Assembly: GCA_009773375.1 (NCBI GenBank)
Contig: WRPH01000002.1
Span: forward strand, 34,640-98,639
Reading direction: 5' to 3'
Source of the DNA: Paracoccaceae bacterium
GTDB taxonomy: Bacteria > Pseudomonadota > Alphaproteobacteria > Rhodobacterales > Rhodobacteraceae
Length of the DNA stretch: 64,000 bases
Shown here: piece after piece, positions 29,637 through 40,800 of the stretch
Layout of the letters: every line of letters begins with the position of its first letter
Position numbering within the stretch: position 1 is the stretch's first letter
Made by a program: the position numbers and the translations under genes
The notes under the pieces: model-generated
What the model saw: the letters and a program-made list of their open reading frames with translations, nothing else
The model's database searches: none
Told to the model about the DNA's origin: nothing

Positions 29637-31031
29637 ATGTCAAACCAGCGTGACTTTACCGACGAAACCGCCCTGTTGCGCCCCGAGCGGGCCGATTGGC
29701 TGCGGCTGCGCACGCTGATTTTGCTGCGCTGGATGGCGATTGTCGGGCAATTTGTCGCGCTGGTCGTGGCGGATCAGTATTACACGCTGCAATTGCCGCT
29801 GGGATTGTGTTTTCTGGCGGTCGGGCTGGGGGTGATTGCCAATCTGGTCTCAATCTTCATCTTTCCGCAAAACAAGCGGCTGACCGAAGACGAGGCGCTG
29901 ATGACGCTGCTGTTCGATCTGGGGCAGCTGTCGTTTCTGCTTTACCTGACCGGTGGGCTGACCAACCCGTTTGCGCTGCTGATCCTTGCGCCGGTGACAG
30001 TATCGGCCAGCGCGCTGGAGTTGCGCAGCACGCTGCTGCTTGGCGGCCTTGCGGCGCTGTTCATCACTCTGATCGGTGTGGTGAATGTGCCGTTGCGTTT
30101 TGCCGACGGCGCGGTGTTTGAGGTGCCGGGGCTGTTCACCTTTGGCTTTTGGCTTTCGATCCTGATCGGCATTGCATTCCTCGGCCTGTATTCCCGGCGG
30201 GTGGCGACGGAAATGCACTCGATGTCGGATGCGCTGCTGGCGACGCAGATGGCCTTGGCGCGCGAACAAAAGCTGACCGATCTGGGCGGTGTGGTGGCGG
30301 CGGCGGCGCACGAGCTGGGAACGCCTCTGGCGACGATCAAACTGGTCAGCGCCGAGATGCTGGATGAGTTGGCCGATTTCCCCGATCTGGCCGAGGACGC
30401 CCGGCTGATCCGCGATCAGGCCGACCGATGCCGCGATATTTTGCGGTCGATGGGCAAGGCTGGCAAGGATGATCTGCATCTGCGGCAGGCTCCGTTGGGC
30501 GCGGTGCTGCAAGAGGCCGCCGAGCCGCATATGGGACGGGGCATCGAGGTGATCATCAGCGTTGCCGGCCCGACGCCGGAGACCCGCGCGCCGCAAGTGT
30601 TGCGTCGGCCCGAACTGATCCACGGTCTGCGTAATCTGGTGCAGAACGCTGTGGATTTCGCGCGCAAACGGGTCTGGGTTGACGCCCAATTTGCAGAAGA
30701 TCGCATTGTGTTGCGGATCATTGATGATGGCGAAGGCTTTCCGCCGCAGGTGATCGGCCGGATCGGCGACCCGTTTGTGCGCTCGCGCCGGGATGCGCAG
30801 GATCTGTCGCGACGGCCGGGATATGAGGGTATGGGGCTGGGGTTGTTCATCGCCAAGACATTGCTGGAGCGCACTGGCGCCGAACTGTCTTTCGCCAACG
30901 CCGCCGATCCGTTTCTGGCTCCTGATGAGCGTCCTGATCGCAGCGGCGCGATTGTCGAGGTGATCTGGCCCGCTGCTGTGCTGATCGCTCCGGCTGGGCG
31001 GCTGGGTGAAAATCAGGTGATTTCCGGGTAA
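29637..31031 (+). CDS. regB: Redox sensor histidine kinase RegB/PrrB
   Basis: GGLTNPF quinone-binding motif, AAAHELGTPL H-box, ADRCRDIL redox Cys, NLVQNAVDF, GMGLGLFIA. Confidence 0.97.
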   Translation: MSNQRDFTDETALLRPERADWLRLRTLILLRWMAIVGQFVALVVADQYYTLQLPLGLCFLAVGLGVIANLVSIFIFPQNKRLTEDEALMTLLFDLGQLSFLLYLTGGLTNPFALLILAPVTVSASALELRSTLLLGGLAALFITLIGVVNVPLRFADGAVFEVPGLFTFGFWLSILIGIAFLGLYSRRVATEMHSMSDALLATQMALAREQKLTDLGGVVAAAAHELGTPLATIKLVSAEMLDELADFPDLAEDARLIRDQADRCRDILRSMGKAGKDDLHLRQAPLGAVLQEAAEPHMGRGIEVIISVAGPTPETRAPQVLRRPELIHGLRNLVQNAVDFARKRVWVDAQFAEDRIVLRIIDDGEGFPPQVIGRIGDPFVRSRRDAQDLSRRPGYEGMGLGLFIAKTLLERTGAELSFANAADPFLAPDERPDRSGAIVEVIWPAAVLIAPAGRLGENQVISG

Positions 31032-31053
31032 GCGCTGATTTTGCCGTCCGCGT

Positions 31054-31069
31054 TTAACCTGCCGTTAAC
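31054..31069 (+). promoter_or_regulatory. CtrA binding site upstream of the divL-like gene
   Basis: TTAA-CCTGCCG-TTAAC, perfect TTAA-N7-TTAAC. Confidence 0.8.
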
Positions 31070-31128
31070 AATCTTGCCTTTAGGTTGCATCAGGGCTTTG
31101 GATTCTCGGTAAGGGTAGGTTAGCGCAA

Positions 31129-32714
31129 ATGATTTGGGCAGATGATTGGGCGCTTGCATCGGTGATGTTCGCTTCGGCGCTTGTCGCTGCGTGCATCGGG
31201 ATGGCTGCGCTGTGGGTGTTGCCGGTTCGTGTTGCTGCGACCGGAAAAAGTGTTTTCATTGACCACGGCCCGGCGACGACCTTCTTGTTTGACGGCGAGG
31301 CGTTGATTGACAGCACCCCCGACGCGCGGGCTTTGCTGGCGGTCAGTCCGGTGAAGGCAGGGCCATGGCCGCGCCTGATGGCCTATCTGGCCCCACGCTT
31401 TGCGGATCTTGAAACGGAGTTGAAGCGGCTGCCAGCCGAGGGTGCAATCACGCTGAGCGCGGCGACGGTCGGTATTCCATTGCTTTTGCACGCCGAAAGC
31501 AACGGCGGTTTGACAAGGATTTCGCTGATCGATGCCTCTGACGTGCCGCAAGGCTCGGCGCGCGACCCGCTGTCACAGCATGCGATGCAGGAAGAGTTGG
31601 CGGTGCTGCGAGATACTGTTGCCGCCGCGCCGATGCTGGTGTGGCGCGAAAACGTGCAGGGTGAGGTGGTTTGGGCGAATGGGGCCTATCTGCTGCAGGC
31701 CTTTAGCCTGCTGGAGGACGGCAAAGATCTGGGCTGGCCGCTGCCGCGGTTGTTTGATCGCAACGCGGCGCTGCAGGGCGCGAAGGATCAGCGCCAAAGC
31801 CTGACCCCCGCGGGGGGGGAGCCGCCGTTGTGGTTTGATCTGACAAGCCGGGAAGAGGCGGGGGGCTGCTGCTGTTTGCGACGCCTGCCAATGCGGCGGT
31901 GCAGGCCGAAACCGCGCTGCGGGATTTCATGCAGACGCTGACGAAGACTTTTGCACAGCTGCCGATTGGATTGGCGATTTTTGATCGCCAGCGCAAATTG
32001 CAGCTTTTCAATCCGGCGCTGATGGATCTGACCACTCTGCCGCCGGACTTTCTGTCGCTGCGGCCGTCGCTGTTGTCGGTGCTGGATGCAATGCGGGACC
32101 GCAAGATGCTGCCAGAACCGAAGGACTATCGTGACTGGAGACGGCAGATTGTCGATATGGAACGGGCGGCAGCCTCTGGCTTGTATGAGGAAACCTGGAG
32201 CCTGCCGGATGGGCAGACCTACAAGGTTGTCGGCCGTCCGCATCCGAATGGGGCGCTGGCGCTGATGATTGAGGATATTTCCAACGAAATGCTGCGGACC
32301 CGTCGCTATCGCGCCGATCTGGAGCTGGGCCAATCGGTGATCGACGAGGTGGACGAAGCGATTGTCGTCTTCGCGCAGTCTGGCCAGTTGGTGATGTCTA
32401 ACACAGCTTATGCCGCAATCTGGGGGCATGATCCGGCAGAGTTGATGGGGGATAGCACCGTGCGCAGTCTTTCGGCGCACTGGCGGGCGCAGTCTGCCCC
32501 CAGTGTGATCTGGTCCGAGGCGGAAGATTACGTTGCCACGGTTGGCGATCGCGCCACCTGGCAAGGCGAGGCGCGGCTGCTCGATGGGCGTCTGGTGTCG
32601 TGCCGCTTTGCCCCTTTGGCTGCGGGGGCGACGCTGGCGTTGTTTCGCCCTCTGCCCGTCGCCGATACAGGTCAGGTTCGGCTTGCCGAAAGTGCCGGAC
32701 TCCGCCGCGCCTGA
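31129..32714 (+). pseudogene. divL: DivL-like PAS-domain protein, split by an apparent single-base frameshift in a G6 tract (31860-31865)
   Basis: Two overlapping ORFs 31129-31941 and 31899-32714; adding one G gives ...WFDLTSREEAGGLLLFATPANAAVQAETALRDFMQTLTKTFAQLPIGLAIFD... and one 528-codon ORF; position between regB and tsaE matches the Rhodobacter divL locus. Confidence 0.7.
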
Positions 32715-32759
32715 CCTTTCCCGTCTTGCAGCGGCGGGCGGGCAGGGTAGACTCTCCCC

Positions 32760-33233
32760 ATGGATACGCGCAGGCCCGTTTCGATTTTCCTGCCCTCGGA
32801 AGAGGATACCGCCCGGCTGGGCGTATGGCTGGCGCATCGGTTGCAGGCGGGGGACTGCCTGCTGCTGGAGGGCTCGATCGGTGCTGGCAAAAGCCATCTT
32901 GCGCGCGCACTGATCCGGGCTCGCCTGGGCCGGATGGAAGATGTGCCCTCGCCCACCTTTACTTTGGTGCAAACCTATCAGGCTGATACCGAGATTTGGC
33001 ATGCCGATCTCTATCGGTTGTCGCATCCGGATGAGGTCTTGGAACTGGGGTTGGATGAGGCTTTTGACCATTCAATCTGTCTCATTGAGTGGCCCGATAG
33101 GCTGGGTAAGCTTGCGCCGGCCGATGCGCTGCGGTTGACGCTTGTGTCCGAGGGTGAGGGCCGCCGCGCGACGCTGTCTGCTCCAGCGCATCCGCAGCTG
33201 TTGGCCGAATTCGCGGAGGATTGGCAGGCATGA
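32760..33233 (+). CDS. tsaE: t6A biosynthesis ATPase TsaE
   Basis: LEGSIGAGKS, VPSPTFTLVQ, HADLYRL, CLIEWPD. Confidence 0.96.
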   Translation: MDTRRPVSIFLPSEEDTARLGVWLAHRLQAGDCLLLEGSIGAGKSHLARALIRARLGRMEDVPSPTFTLVQTYQADTEIWHADLYRLSHPDEVLELGLDEAFDHSICLIEWPDRLGKLAPADALRLTLVSEGEGRRATLSAPAHPQLLAEFAEDWQA

Positions 33234-34240
33234 CCGAGCGATACGCCCTTTCGCAAATTTTTCTTGCCAATGCTGGTTGGGGCGAGGCAGATCGCTGGCT
33301 TCTGGCGGGTGACGCCTCGGACCGCAGCTATGATCGCTTGGCGCTCGGCGACAAGACCGCCGTTCTGATGGATGCACCCCCCGGAAAAGGCGATGATCCC
33401 GAAATCTTTCTGGACATCGCCCGTCATCTGACGGCGCTGGGGTTGTCTGCGCCGCGTTGTCTTGCGCAAGATCTGACCAATGGCTTTCTGCTGTTGGAAG
33501 ACCTTGGAGATGGCATCTATGCGCGGCTGATCGAAGCAAATCCTGCGCTTGAAAACAGTCTCTACACGGCCGCGACCGCGGTTTTAGTGCGTTTGCAGGC
33601 CGCCGCTCCGGCGCAAGATCTGCCGAACCTTACCGCTCAGGATTGGGCTGAAGCCGCATGTTTTGCTGTGGATTGGTATCGGTATGCCATCACTGGCGAC
33701 CATGCCGACCCGTCTGATTTCCGCGCTGCAATGGCCGATGCCTTGCTGCGTCATGCTGATGGCCCGCGCGTCATGATCCTGCGCGACTATCACGCCGAAA
33801 ATCTGCTCTGGCTGCCCGAACGCCACGGCATTGCCCGCGTCGGCTTGCTGGATTTCCAGCTCGCGCAGCTTGGGCAGCCCGGCTATGATCTGGTTTCGTT
33901 GCTGCAAGACGCGCGCCGCGATGTTTCACGTGAAACCGAGCTTGCAATGATTCAGCAATTCCTGAGCCTGACAGGGGCTACAGATGCCAGATTCCGTCCG
34001 GCCTACGCCGCTTTGGGTGCCCAACGCGCCTTGCGTATCCTTGGCGTTTTTGCTCGGCTATGCCTGCATGGCGGAAAGCCTGCTTATGTCGCACTGATTC
34101 CCCGCGTCTGGCGGCAGTTGCAGCGTAATCTAGCGGCACCGGAATTGGCCAAACTTCGTCATATCTGTCAAAGCTTGCTGCCCGAACCCACCCCCGAAGC
34201 GCTTGCCAAAATAGGTGCCCAATGCGGCCATTTCCGTTGA
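33230..34240 (+). CDS. amgK: Aminoglycoside-phosphotransferase-family kinase (AmgK-like anomeric MurNAc/GlcNAc kinase)
   Basis: LAGDASDRSYDR, LLLEDLGD, LRDYHAENL, LLDFQ, YDLVSLLQD, QRALRILGVFARL; tsaE-amgK-murU synteny. Confidence 0.8.
   Translation: MTERYALSQIFLANAGWGEADRWLLAGDASDRSYDRLALGDKTAVLMDAPPGKGDDPEIFLDIARHLTALGLSAPRCLAQDLTNGFLLLEDLGDGIYARLIEANPALENSLYTAATAVLVRLQAAAPAQDLPNLTAQDWAEAACFAVDWYRYAITGDHADPSDFRAAMADALLRHADGPRVMILRDYHAENLLWLPERHGIARVGLLDFQLAQLGQPGYDLVSLLQDARRDVSRETELAMIQQFLSLTGATDARFRPAYAALGAQRALRILGVFARLCLHGGKPAYVALIPRVWRQLQRNLAAPELAKLRHICQSLLPEPTPEALAKIGAQCGHFR
33922..33937. other. parS: Second parS site inside amgK
   Basis: TGTTTCACGTGAAACC; 14-bp core GTTTCACGTGAAAC intact. 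Confidence 0.75.
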
Positions 34241-34905
34241 TGTTGTTCGCTGCAGGTTTTGGCACTCGTATGGGGGCGCTGACCGCCAACAAGCCAAAAC
34301 CGCTGATCGAAGTTGCTGGCAAACCGTTGATCGACCACGCGCTGACGATTGCCGAGGCAGCCAAGGTTGGAAAAACCGTTGTGAATCTGCACTATCTGGG
34401 CGATCAGATCGCCCACCACCTGCAGGGCCGCCAGATCGAACTGTCTTGGGAGCACGAACAAATCCTTGAAACCGGCGGCGGGCTCAAGGCTGCGCTGCCG
34501 TTGCTAGGCGCGGACACCGTGTTCACTCTGAACACCGACGCGGTCTGGTCCGGGCAGAATCCGCTGACTGAATTGCAAGCGGCATGGAACCCGGAAATCA
34601 TGGACGCCTTGCTACTGCTGCTTCCTGCAGAAAAAGCGCTGGGCCATTCGGGAATCGGTGACTTTCTGCTCGCGCCTGATGGTCGTATCCGTCGCGCGTC
34701 GGGGGCGGCTGCGCCAGTCTATCTGGGAGCACAAATTTTGAAAACGCAGGCTCTAACAGCCATAACAGAGCCTGTTTTCAGTCTGAACCTGCTTTGGGAT
34801 CAGGCGATTGCACAGGGGCGGGCTTTTGGCCTGATCCATCAGGGTGGCTGGTGCGATGTCGGGCGGCCAGAAGGCATCGCAGTGGCAGAGACTCTGCATG
34901 TTTAG
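34222..34905 (+). CDS. murU: Nucleotidyltransferase (MurU-like)
   Basis: MLFAAGFGTRM..LT...PKPL, NLHYL, LETGGG, LNTD, WCDVG. Confidence 0.82.
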   Translation: MRPFPLMLFAAGFGTRMGALTANKPKPLIEVAGKPLIDHALTIAEAAKVGKTVVNLHYLGDQIAHHLQGRQIELSWEHEQILETGGGLKAALPLLGADTVFTLNTDAVWSGQNPLTELQAAWNPEIMDALLLLLPAEKALGHSGIGDFLLAPDGRIRRASGAAAPVYLGAQILKTQALTAITEPVFSLNLLWDQAIAQGRAFGLIHQGGWCDVGRPEGIAVAETLHV

Positions 34906-37849
34906 CGCCGCAAATCCGCGCGTCTTTGCGCTTCCGCCCGGGGTCGATTTTCCGGCGCATCTTGTGGCGGGGCTGCTCGACCGCATGGCGACGCGACCGC
35001 CCGAAGCGATGGCCCGCGTCACGCTTTACCTGAACACCGAACGCATGCGCCGCCGTGTCAGTGATCTTTTCACCACGCAAGGCGCGCGTTTCTTGCCGCG
35101 GTTGAAGCTGATCACCGATCTGGCGAAAGACCCTGGCCTTGGCCTGCCTGAACCTGTTCCGCCGCTGCGTCGCCGCCTGCAACTGGCCGAGTTGATCGCC
35201 AAATTGCTGGATGCGCAGCCCGATCTTGCTCCGCGCGCCGCGCTTTACGACCTTGCCGACAGCCTTGCAACGCTGATGGACGAGATGCAGGGTGAAGGTG
35301 TCGCCCCCGAGGCGATAGCGGCGCTTGATGTTTCAAACCATTCAAAACACTGGGAAAGGACGCAAACTTTTCTCAGCATCATCGCGCCGCTGTTCGCGGA
35401 TACGCAAGACAGTGAGGCGCGCCAGCGCCTAGCGGTGCAGCAGATATCGGCGCGGTGGCAGGCCAATCCGCCAATCGATCCGATCCTTGTCGCGGGTTCA
35501 ACCGGTTCGCGAGGCACGACTGCGCTGCTCATGCGTGCCATAGCAGAACTGCCCCAAGGTGCGCTGATTTTGCCGGGGTTTGATCCCGACTTGCCACCAG
35601 CCGTCTGGCAGTCGATGGATGATGCGTTGACCGCTGAAGACCACCCACAATATCGCTTCCGTCACCTGATGGATTTGCTGGCTATCGCGCCAGAGGCGAT
35701 CCAGCCATGGCGCATAGCGGAGCCACCAGACCCAGCACGCAATAATCTGATTTCTTTATCTCTTCGCCCTGCCCCTGTGACAGATCAATGGCTGATCGAG
35801 GGGCCTGCATTGCCCGATTTGATTGAAGCAACCAGCGGTCTGTCGCTGATCGAAGCCCCCTCGCCCCGAACCGAAGCTTTGGCGATTGCGTTGATCCTGC
35901 GTGAGGCTGCCGAGACCGGCACCAAGGCAGCGCTGATTTCACCGGATCGCAATCTTACCCGCCAAGTCACCGCCGCGCTGGACCGCTGGGCTATTTTGGC
36001 TGACGATTCCGCTGGCCGTCCACTCGCGCTATCGGCACCGGGCCGGTTTCTGCGGCATATTGTGGCTCTGTTCGGCCAAAAGCTGACATCCGATCAACTG
36101 TTGGCCCTGCTGAAACACCCGCTGACTGGCTCTGGCAAGGATCGTGGTCCGCACCTGCGCCTGACCCGCGATCTGGAGCTGAAGCTGCGCAAACAAGGCC
36201 CAACCTTCCCGACCGGCGCTGATATTGTCGCATGGGCCGCTGCGCGTGCTGACGACGCACTGCCTTGGGCGCAAGCGCTTGCCGCCAGCCTTGATGATCT
36301 TGAAGCGATCCCTCGCCGCCCGCTCGCCGAGCACGTTGCGCAGCACCGCGCGCTCGCCGAAACCCTTGCGCGCGGTCTTGCGCCCGATGGCGCCGGGGAG
36401 TTGTGGCAGAAAGAAGCAGGCATCGAAGCCCTGAAGCTGATGGACGAACTGACCGCCGAGGCCCCGTATGGCGGCAGCTTCTCGGCGGCCGAATACCGCG
36501 ATCTGTTCGAGGCCTTGGTGAACAAGGGCGAGGTCCGCGAAGCCGTGCAATCCCACCCCGACATCATGATCTGGGGCACGCTGGAGGCCCGCGTTCAGGG
36601 CGCTGATCTGGTCATTCTGGGTGGTTTGAATGATGGCATCTGGCCAAAACTGCCAGAACCTGACCCGTGGCTTAACCGCTCGATGCGGAAAAAAGCGGCA
36701 CTGTTATTGCCAGAACGCCAGATCGGCTTGTCGGCGCACGACTATCAGCAAGCTATCGCCGCGCCGCGCGTGATCCTGACGCGTGCTGTGCGAAATGCCG
36801 AAACAGAAACCGTGCCCAGCCGCTGGCTGAACCGGCTGATGAACCTGATGGAAGGTCTGCCGCAGCGTAACGGCAAGGCGGCACTGGCGGCAATGAAGGC
36901 GCGCGGCGCAAACTGGCTGGCGCTCGCGACCGCGGTTGACCGCCCGACGCCGGAACAGCAAGCCGACCCGCGCCTGCAACCCGCCAAGCGCCCGGCGCCG
37001 CAACCACCCGTCGCTGCCCGTCCCGCGAAACTGTCGCTGACGCGGATCGAACGGCTGATCCGCGATCCCTACGCCATTTACGCCCGCTATATCCTGCGGC
37101 TGCAACCGCTCGACCCGCTGCATCAAACCCCCGACGCCCGTGATCGCGGCGTGGTGGTCCATGAGGTGCTGGAGCGTTTTGTGAAAACCCGGCCCACCGC
37201 CGAAACGCGTGCCGAGGCGCGCAACCGCCTGTTGCACATCGCCCGCGACGTTCTGGCGCAGGAAACTCCGTTCCCTGCCGCCCGCACGCTTTGGTTGGCG
37301 AAGCTCGACCGGGCAGCCGATCACTTTCTGGCGCAGGATGGCAAGCACGGCGGCACCGCTTTGGCGGTGGAAACCGTGGGCAGCCTGAAACTTGATAGCC
37401 TTGATTTCACCCTCTTCGGCACGCCCGACCGGATCGACCGTTTGCCCGACGGCAGCCTGCATCTGATTGATTACAAAACCGGAACGCCACCCAGCGTTGC
37501 CGAACAGAAGCACTTCGCCAAGCAACTCCTGTTGGCCGCAGCCATGGCCAAGCGGGGCGGTTTTGCCGATCTTGGCCCCTCTGATGTCAGCAAGATCAGC
37601 TATATCGGCCTTGGCGCCGGCGAAAAGGCGGTGGAAACCGACACCACGCCGGAATTGCTCGCGGCCGACTGGGCCAAGCTGATCACCCTGATCAGCCGCT
37701 ATCTGACCCGCGCCACCGGCTATACCGCCCGCCGTGCCGTGTTCGAAACCCGCTTCCCCGGCGATTATGATCACCTCGCCCGCTTTGGCGAATGGCAGAT
37801 GTCGGACCGTGCCTGCCCCGAAAGCGTCGGCCCCGAGGATGCAGCATGA
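34898..37849 (+). CDS. addB: Double-strand break repair protein AddB
   Basis: AGSTGSRG, WGTLEAR, DPWLNR, SLTRIERLIRDPY, GTPDRID, IDYKTG. Confidence 0.95.
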   Translation: MFSAANPRVFALPPGVDFPAHLVAGLLDRMATRPPEAMARVTLYLNTERMRRRVSDLFTTQGARFLPRLKLITDLAKDPGLGLPEPVPPLRRRLQLAELIAKLLDAQPDLAPRAALYDLADSLATLMDEMQGEGVAPEAIAALDVSNHSKHWERTQTFLSIIAPLFADTQDSEARQRLAVQQISARWQANPPIDPILVAGSTGSRGTTALLMRAIAELPQGALILPGFDPDLPPAVWQSMDDALTAEDHPQYRFRHLMDLLAIAPEAIQPWRIAEPPDPARNNLISLSLRPAPVTDQWLIEGPALPDLIEATSGLSLIEAPSPRTEALAIALILREAAETGTKAALISPDRNLTRQVTAALDRWAILADDSAGRPLALSAPGRFLRHIVALFGQKLTSDQLLALLKHPLTGSGKDRGPHLRLTRDLELKLRKQGPTFPTGADIVAWAAARADDALPWAQALAASLDDLEAIPRRPLAEHVAQHRALAETLARGLAPDGAGELWQKEAGIEALKLMDELTAEAPYGGSFSAAEYRDLFEALVNKGEVREAVQSHPDIMIWGTLEARVQGADLVILGGLNDGIWPKLPEPDPWLNRSMRKKAALLLPERQIGLSAHDYQQAIAAPRVILTRAVRNAETETVPSRWLNRLMNLMEGLPQRNGKAALAAMKARGANWLALATAVDRPTPEQQADPRLQPAKRPAPQPPVAARPAKLSLTRIERLIRDPYAIYARYILRLQPLDPLHQTPDARDRGVVVHEVLERFVKTRPTAETRAEARNRLLHIARDVLAQETPFPAARTLWLAKLDRAADHFLAQDGKHGGTALAVETVGSLKLDSLDFTLFGTPDRIDRLPDGSLHLIDYKTGTPPSVAEQKHFAKQLLLAAAMAKRGGFADLGPSDVSKISYIGLGAGEKAVETDTTPELLAADWAKLITLISRYLTRATGYTARRAVFETRFPGDYDHLARFGEWQMSDRACPESVGPEDAA

Positions 37850-40800
37850 ACCGCAACGACGCTTCTGAACGGCAGGTTCAGGCCTCGAACCCCACTGCAA
37901 CGACCTGGCTTTCGGCCAATGCCGGCTCTGGCAAGACGCGGGTGCTGACCGATCGGGTCGCGCGCCTGTTGCTGGGCGGTGTCGAGCCGCAGCATATCCT
38001 GTGCCTGACCTACACCAAGGCCGCCGCGACCGAGATGCAGAACCGCCTGTTCCGCCGTCTGGGCGAATGGGCGATGAAGCCCGATGCCGATCTGCACCAC
38101 GCCCTTGCCGAACTGGGTGACGAAGGCCGCCACGCCCCGAACGCGCTGGCCAAAGCCCGCCAACTGTTTGCCCGTGCGATTGAAACGCCAGGTGGGCTGC
38201 GTATTCAGACCATTCACAGCTTTTGCGCCACGCTGCTGCGGCGCTTTCCACTGGAGGCCGGAGTTTCCCCGCAGTTTACCGAACTCGATGATCGCGCCGC
38301 GCGGCTGCTGCGCGAAAACATCGTGCAGGAAATGGCCGAATTCCGCGCGCCTGATCTGATGGCCGAAGTCGCCCGTGCTTATACGGGCGAGGATTTCAGC
38401 GGGTTGATGGAGCAAGTTGCCGCCAAGCGTTCCGGCTTTGCCAAACCGCTGACCGAGGCGCAGGCGCGCGATCTGTACGGCGTGGCCAAGGGTGAAAGCC
38501 GTGAAACCCTGCTGGCCGATGTTCTGCTGGGCATCGAATCCGATCTGATCACCGCCATCCTGCCCGCCCTTGCCGCAGGTGGCGCGACCGACAGCAAGAC
38601 CGCCGCCAAGCTGGCCGCGCTCGATCTGCAAAACCCGTCGCTGGCCACCCTGTCAGCGCTGGAGGACATTCTGCTGTTTGGTAGTAGCGCGAAATCGCCG
38701 TTTGGCGCGAAAATCGGCAGCCTGCCGACCAAGCCGACGCAAAAGTTGATCCCCGCGCATTTGCCGCAACTCGATGCCTTGATGTTGCGGGTAGAAGCCG
38801 CCCGGCCCCGTCGCATCACCCTGCAAGCGGCGCAGAAAACCGCCCTGCTGCACCGCTTTGCCGCCAGCTTCCTGCCGATTTATGAGGCCGCCAAGGCCGC
38901 GCGCGGTTTCCTTGATTTCGACGATCTGATCACCCGCGCCAAGCTGTTGCTGACCAATCCCGACGTTGCCGCCTGGGTGTTGTTCCGGCTGGATGGCGGC
39001 ATCGACCATATCCTTGTCGATGAGGCGCAGGATACCAGCCCCGACCAATGGCGCGTGATCGAATTGCTTTCGGCCGAATTTACCGCAGGTGAAGGCACAA
39101 GGTCTGGCGGGCGCACCCTGTTTGTCGTTGGGGATAAAAAACAGTCGATCTATTCGTTTCAAGGCGCAGACGTAGCCGCCTTCGATGAAAAGCATGGCTT
39201 CTTCAAGCAGAAGTTCGAAGAAACCAGCCAACAATTTCAAAGCCTTGCGTTGGAGTTTTCCTTCCGCTCCTCCGCAGCCGTGCTGCGCTTGGTGGATGAA
39301 ACCTTCGGCGCGCGCTTCCCGCAGGCGCTGGGTGATCAGGTGTCACACCTTGCCTTCAAGCACCAAATGCCCGGTCGGGTCGATCTGTGGCCACTGATTG
39401 CGCCGGTGAAGGAAGACAAGGACGAAAACTGGGAAGACCCGGTTGATCTGATCGCGGAAACCCACCACACCGCGCGTCTGGCGGAAAAAATCGCTTCCGA
39501 GATCAAGGCGATGATCGACGCAGGCGTGCAGATTCCCACCGATCATGGCGACCGCCCGGTTCATGCCGGTGATTTCCTGATCCTGGTGCAGCGCCGCTCT
39601 GCGCTGTTTTCCGAGATCATCCGCGCCTGCAAACAGGCCGATCTGGCAATTGCAGGGGCAGATCGACTGAAGCTGGGCGGCGAACTGGCGGTGAAGGATC
39701 TGGCCGCGCTGCTGTCGTTTCTTGCCACGCCCGAAGATGATCTGTCGCTGGCTGCCTTGCTGCGCTCGCCGCTGTGTGGCTGGACCGAAGCCGAGTTGTT
39801 CGACCTTGCACATGGTCGCAAGGGCTTCTTGTGGGAAACCCTGCGCAACAGGACGCAACATTCGCAAACCATTGAAATGTTGCAGGATTTGCGTAACCAG
39901 GCGGATTTTCTGCGTCCTTTCGATCTGATCGAACGCGCACTGACCCGCCACGATGGCCGCCGCCGCCTGCTGGCCCGGCTGGGGCCAGAGGCCGAGGATG
40001 GCATCGACGAATTCCTGTCGCAGGCTCTGGCCTTTGAACGTAGCGAAATCCCCAGCCTGACCGGCTTTCTGATCTGGCTGGAAACCGACGACATCGAGGT
40101 CAAGCGCCAGATGGACAGCGAGGGTCAGCGCATCCGCGTGATGACCGTCCACGGTGCCAAAGGTCTGGAAGCGCCGATCGTGATCCTGCCCGACACCTGT
40201 GATCGCAAGCCGCAGGACCGGGATGAAATTTACAGCTTGCCGGATGGCCCGCCGCTGTGGAAGACCTCAGCCGAAGACAGCCCCGCCGCGATTGCCGCCG
40301 CGCGGGCGATGCGCAAACAGAAATCTGACGAGGAAAGCCTGCGCCTGCTTTACGTCGCGCTGACCCGTGCGCGTGCCTGGCTGATCGTCTGTGGTGCGGG
40401 CGATGCAAAAAGCGATGGCGCTTGGTATAAACTGGTCGCGCAGGGCATGCAGGCGGTCGGGGCGGACGCAATCAGCGGCGGTGTGTTGCGCCATGCCCAT
40501 GGTGATTGGCCTGCGCCTGCGCAAAAACAGGCTCTAACATTGCCCAAGCAGCCGGATTTGCCAGCTTGGGCCAGCCAGCCCGCGCAGACCCCGGACCGTC
40601 CGACACAACGCCTGTCGCCGTCTGATCTGGGTGGTGCCAAGGTTCTTCCCGGCGAAACCGATGGCAGCAGCGAAGAGGCTGCCAAGGCGCGTGGCACCGC
40701 TTTGCACATGTTGCTGGAACATCTGCCAACCGCCCCGCGCGCCACATGGCCCGGCATTGCTGCCGCGCTGATCCCTGATGCGACGCAACGCGCCAGCATT

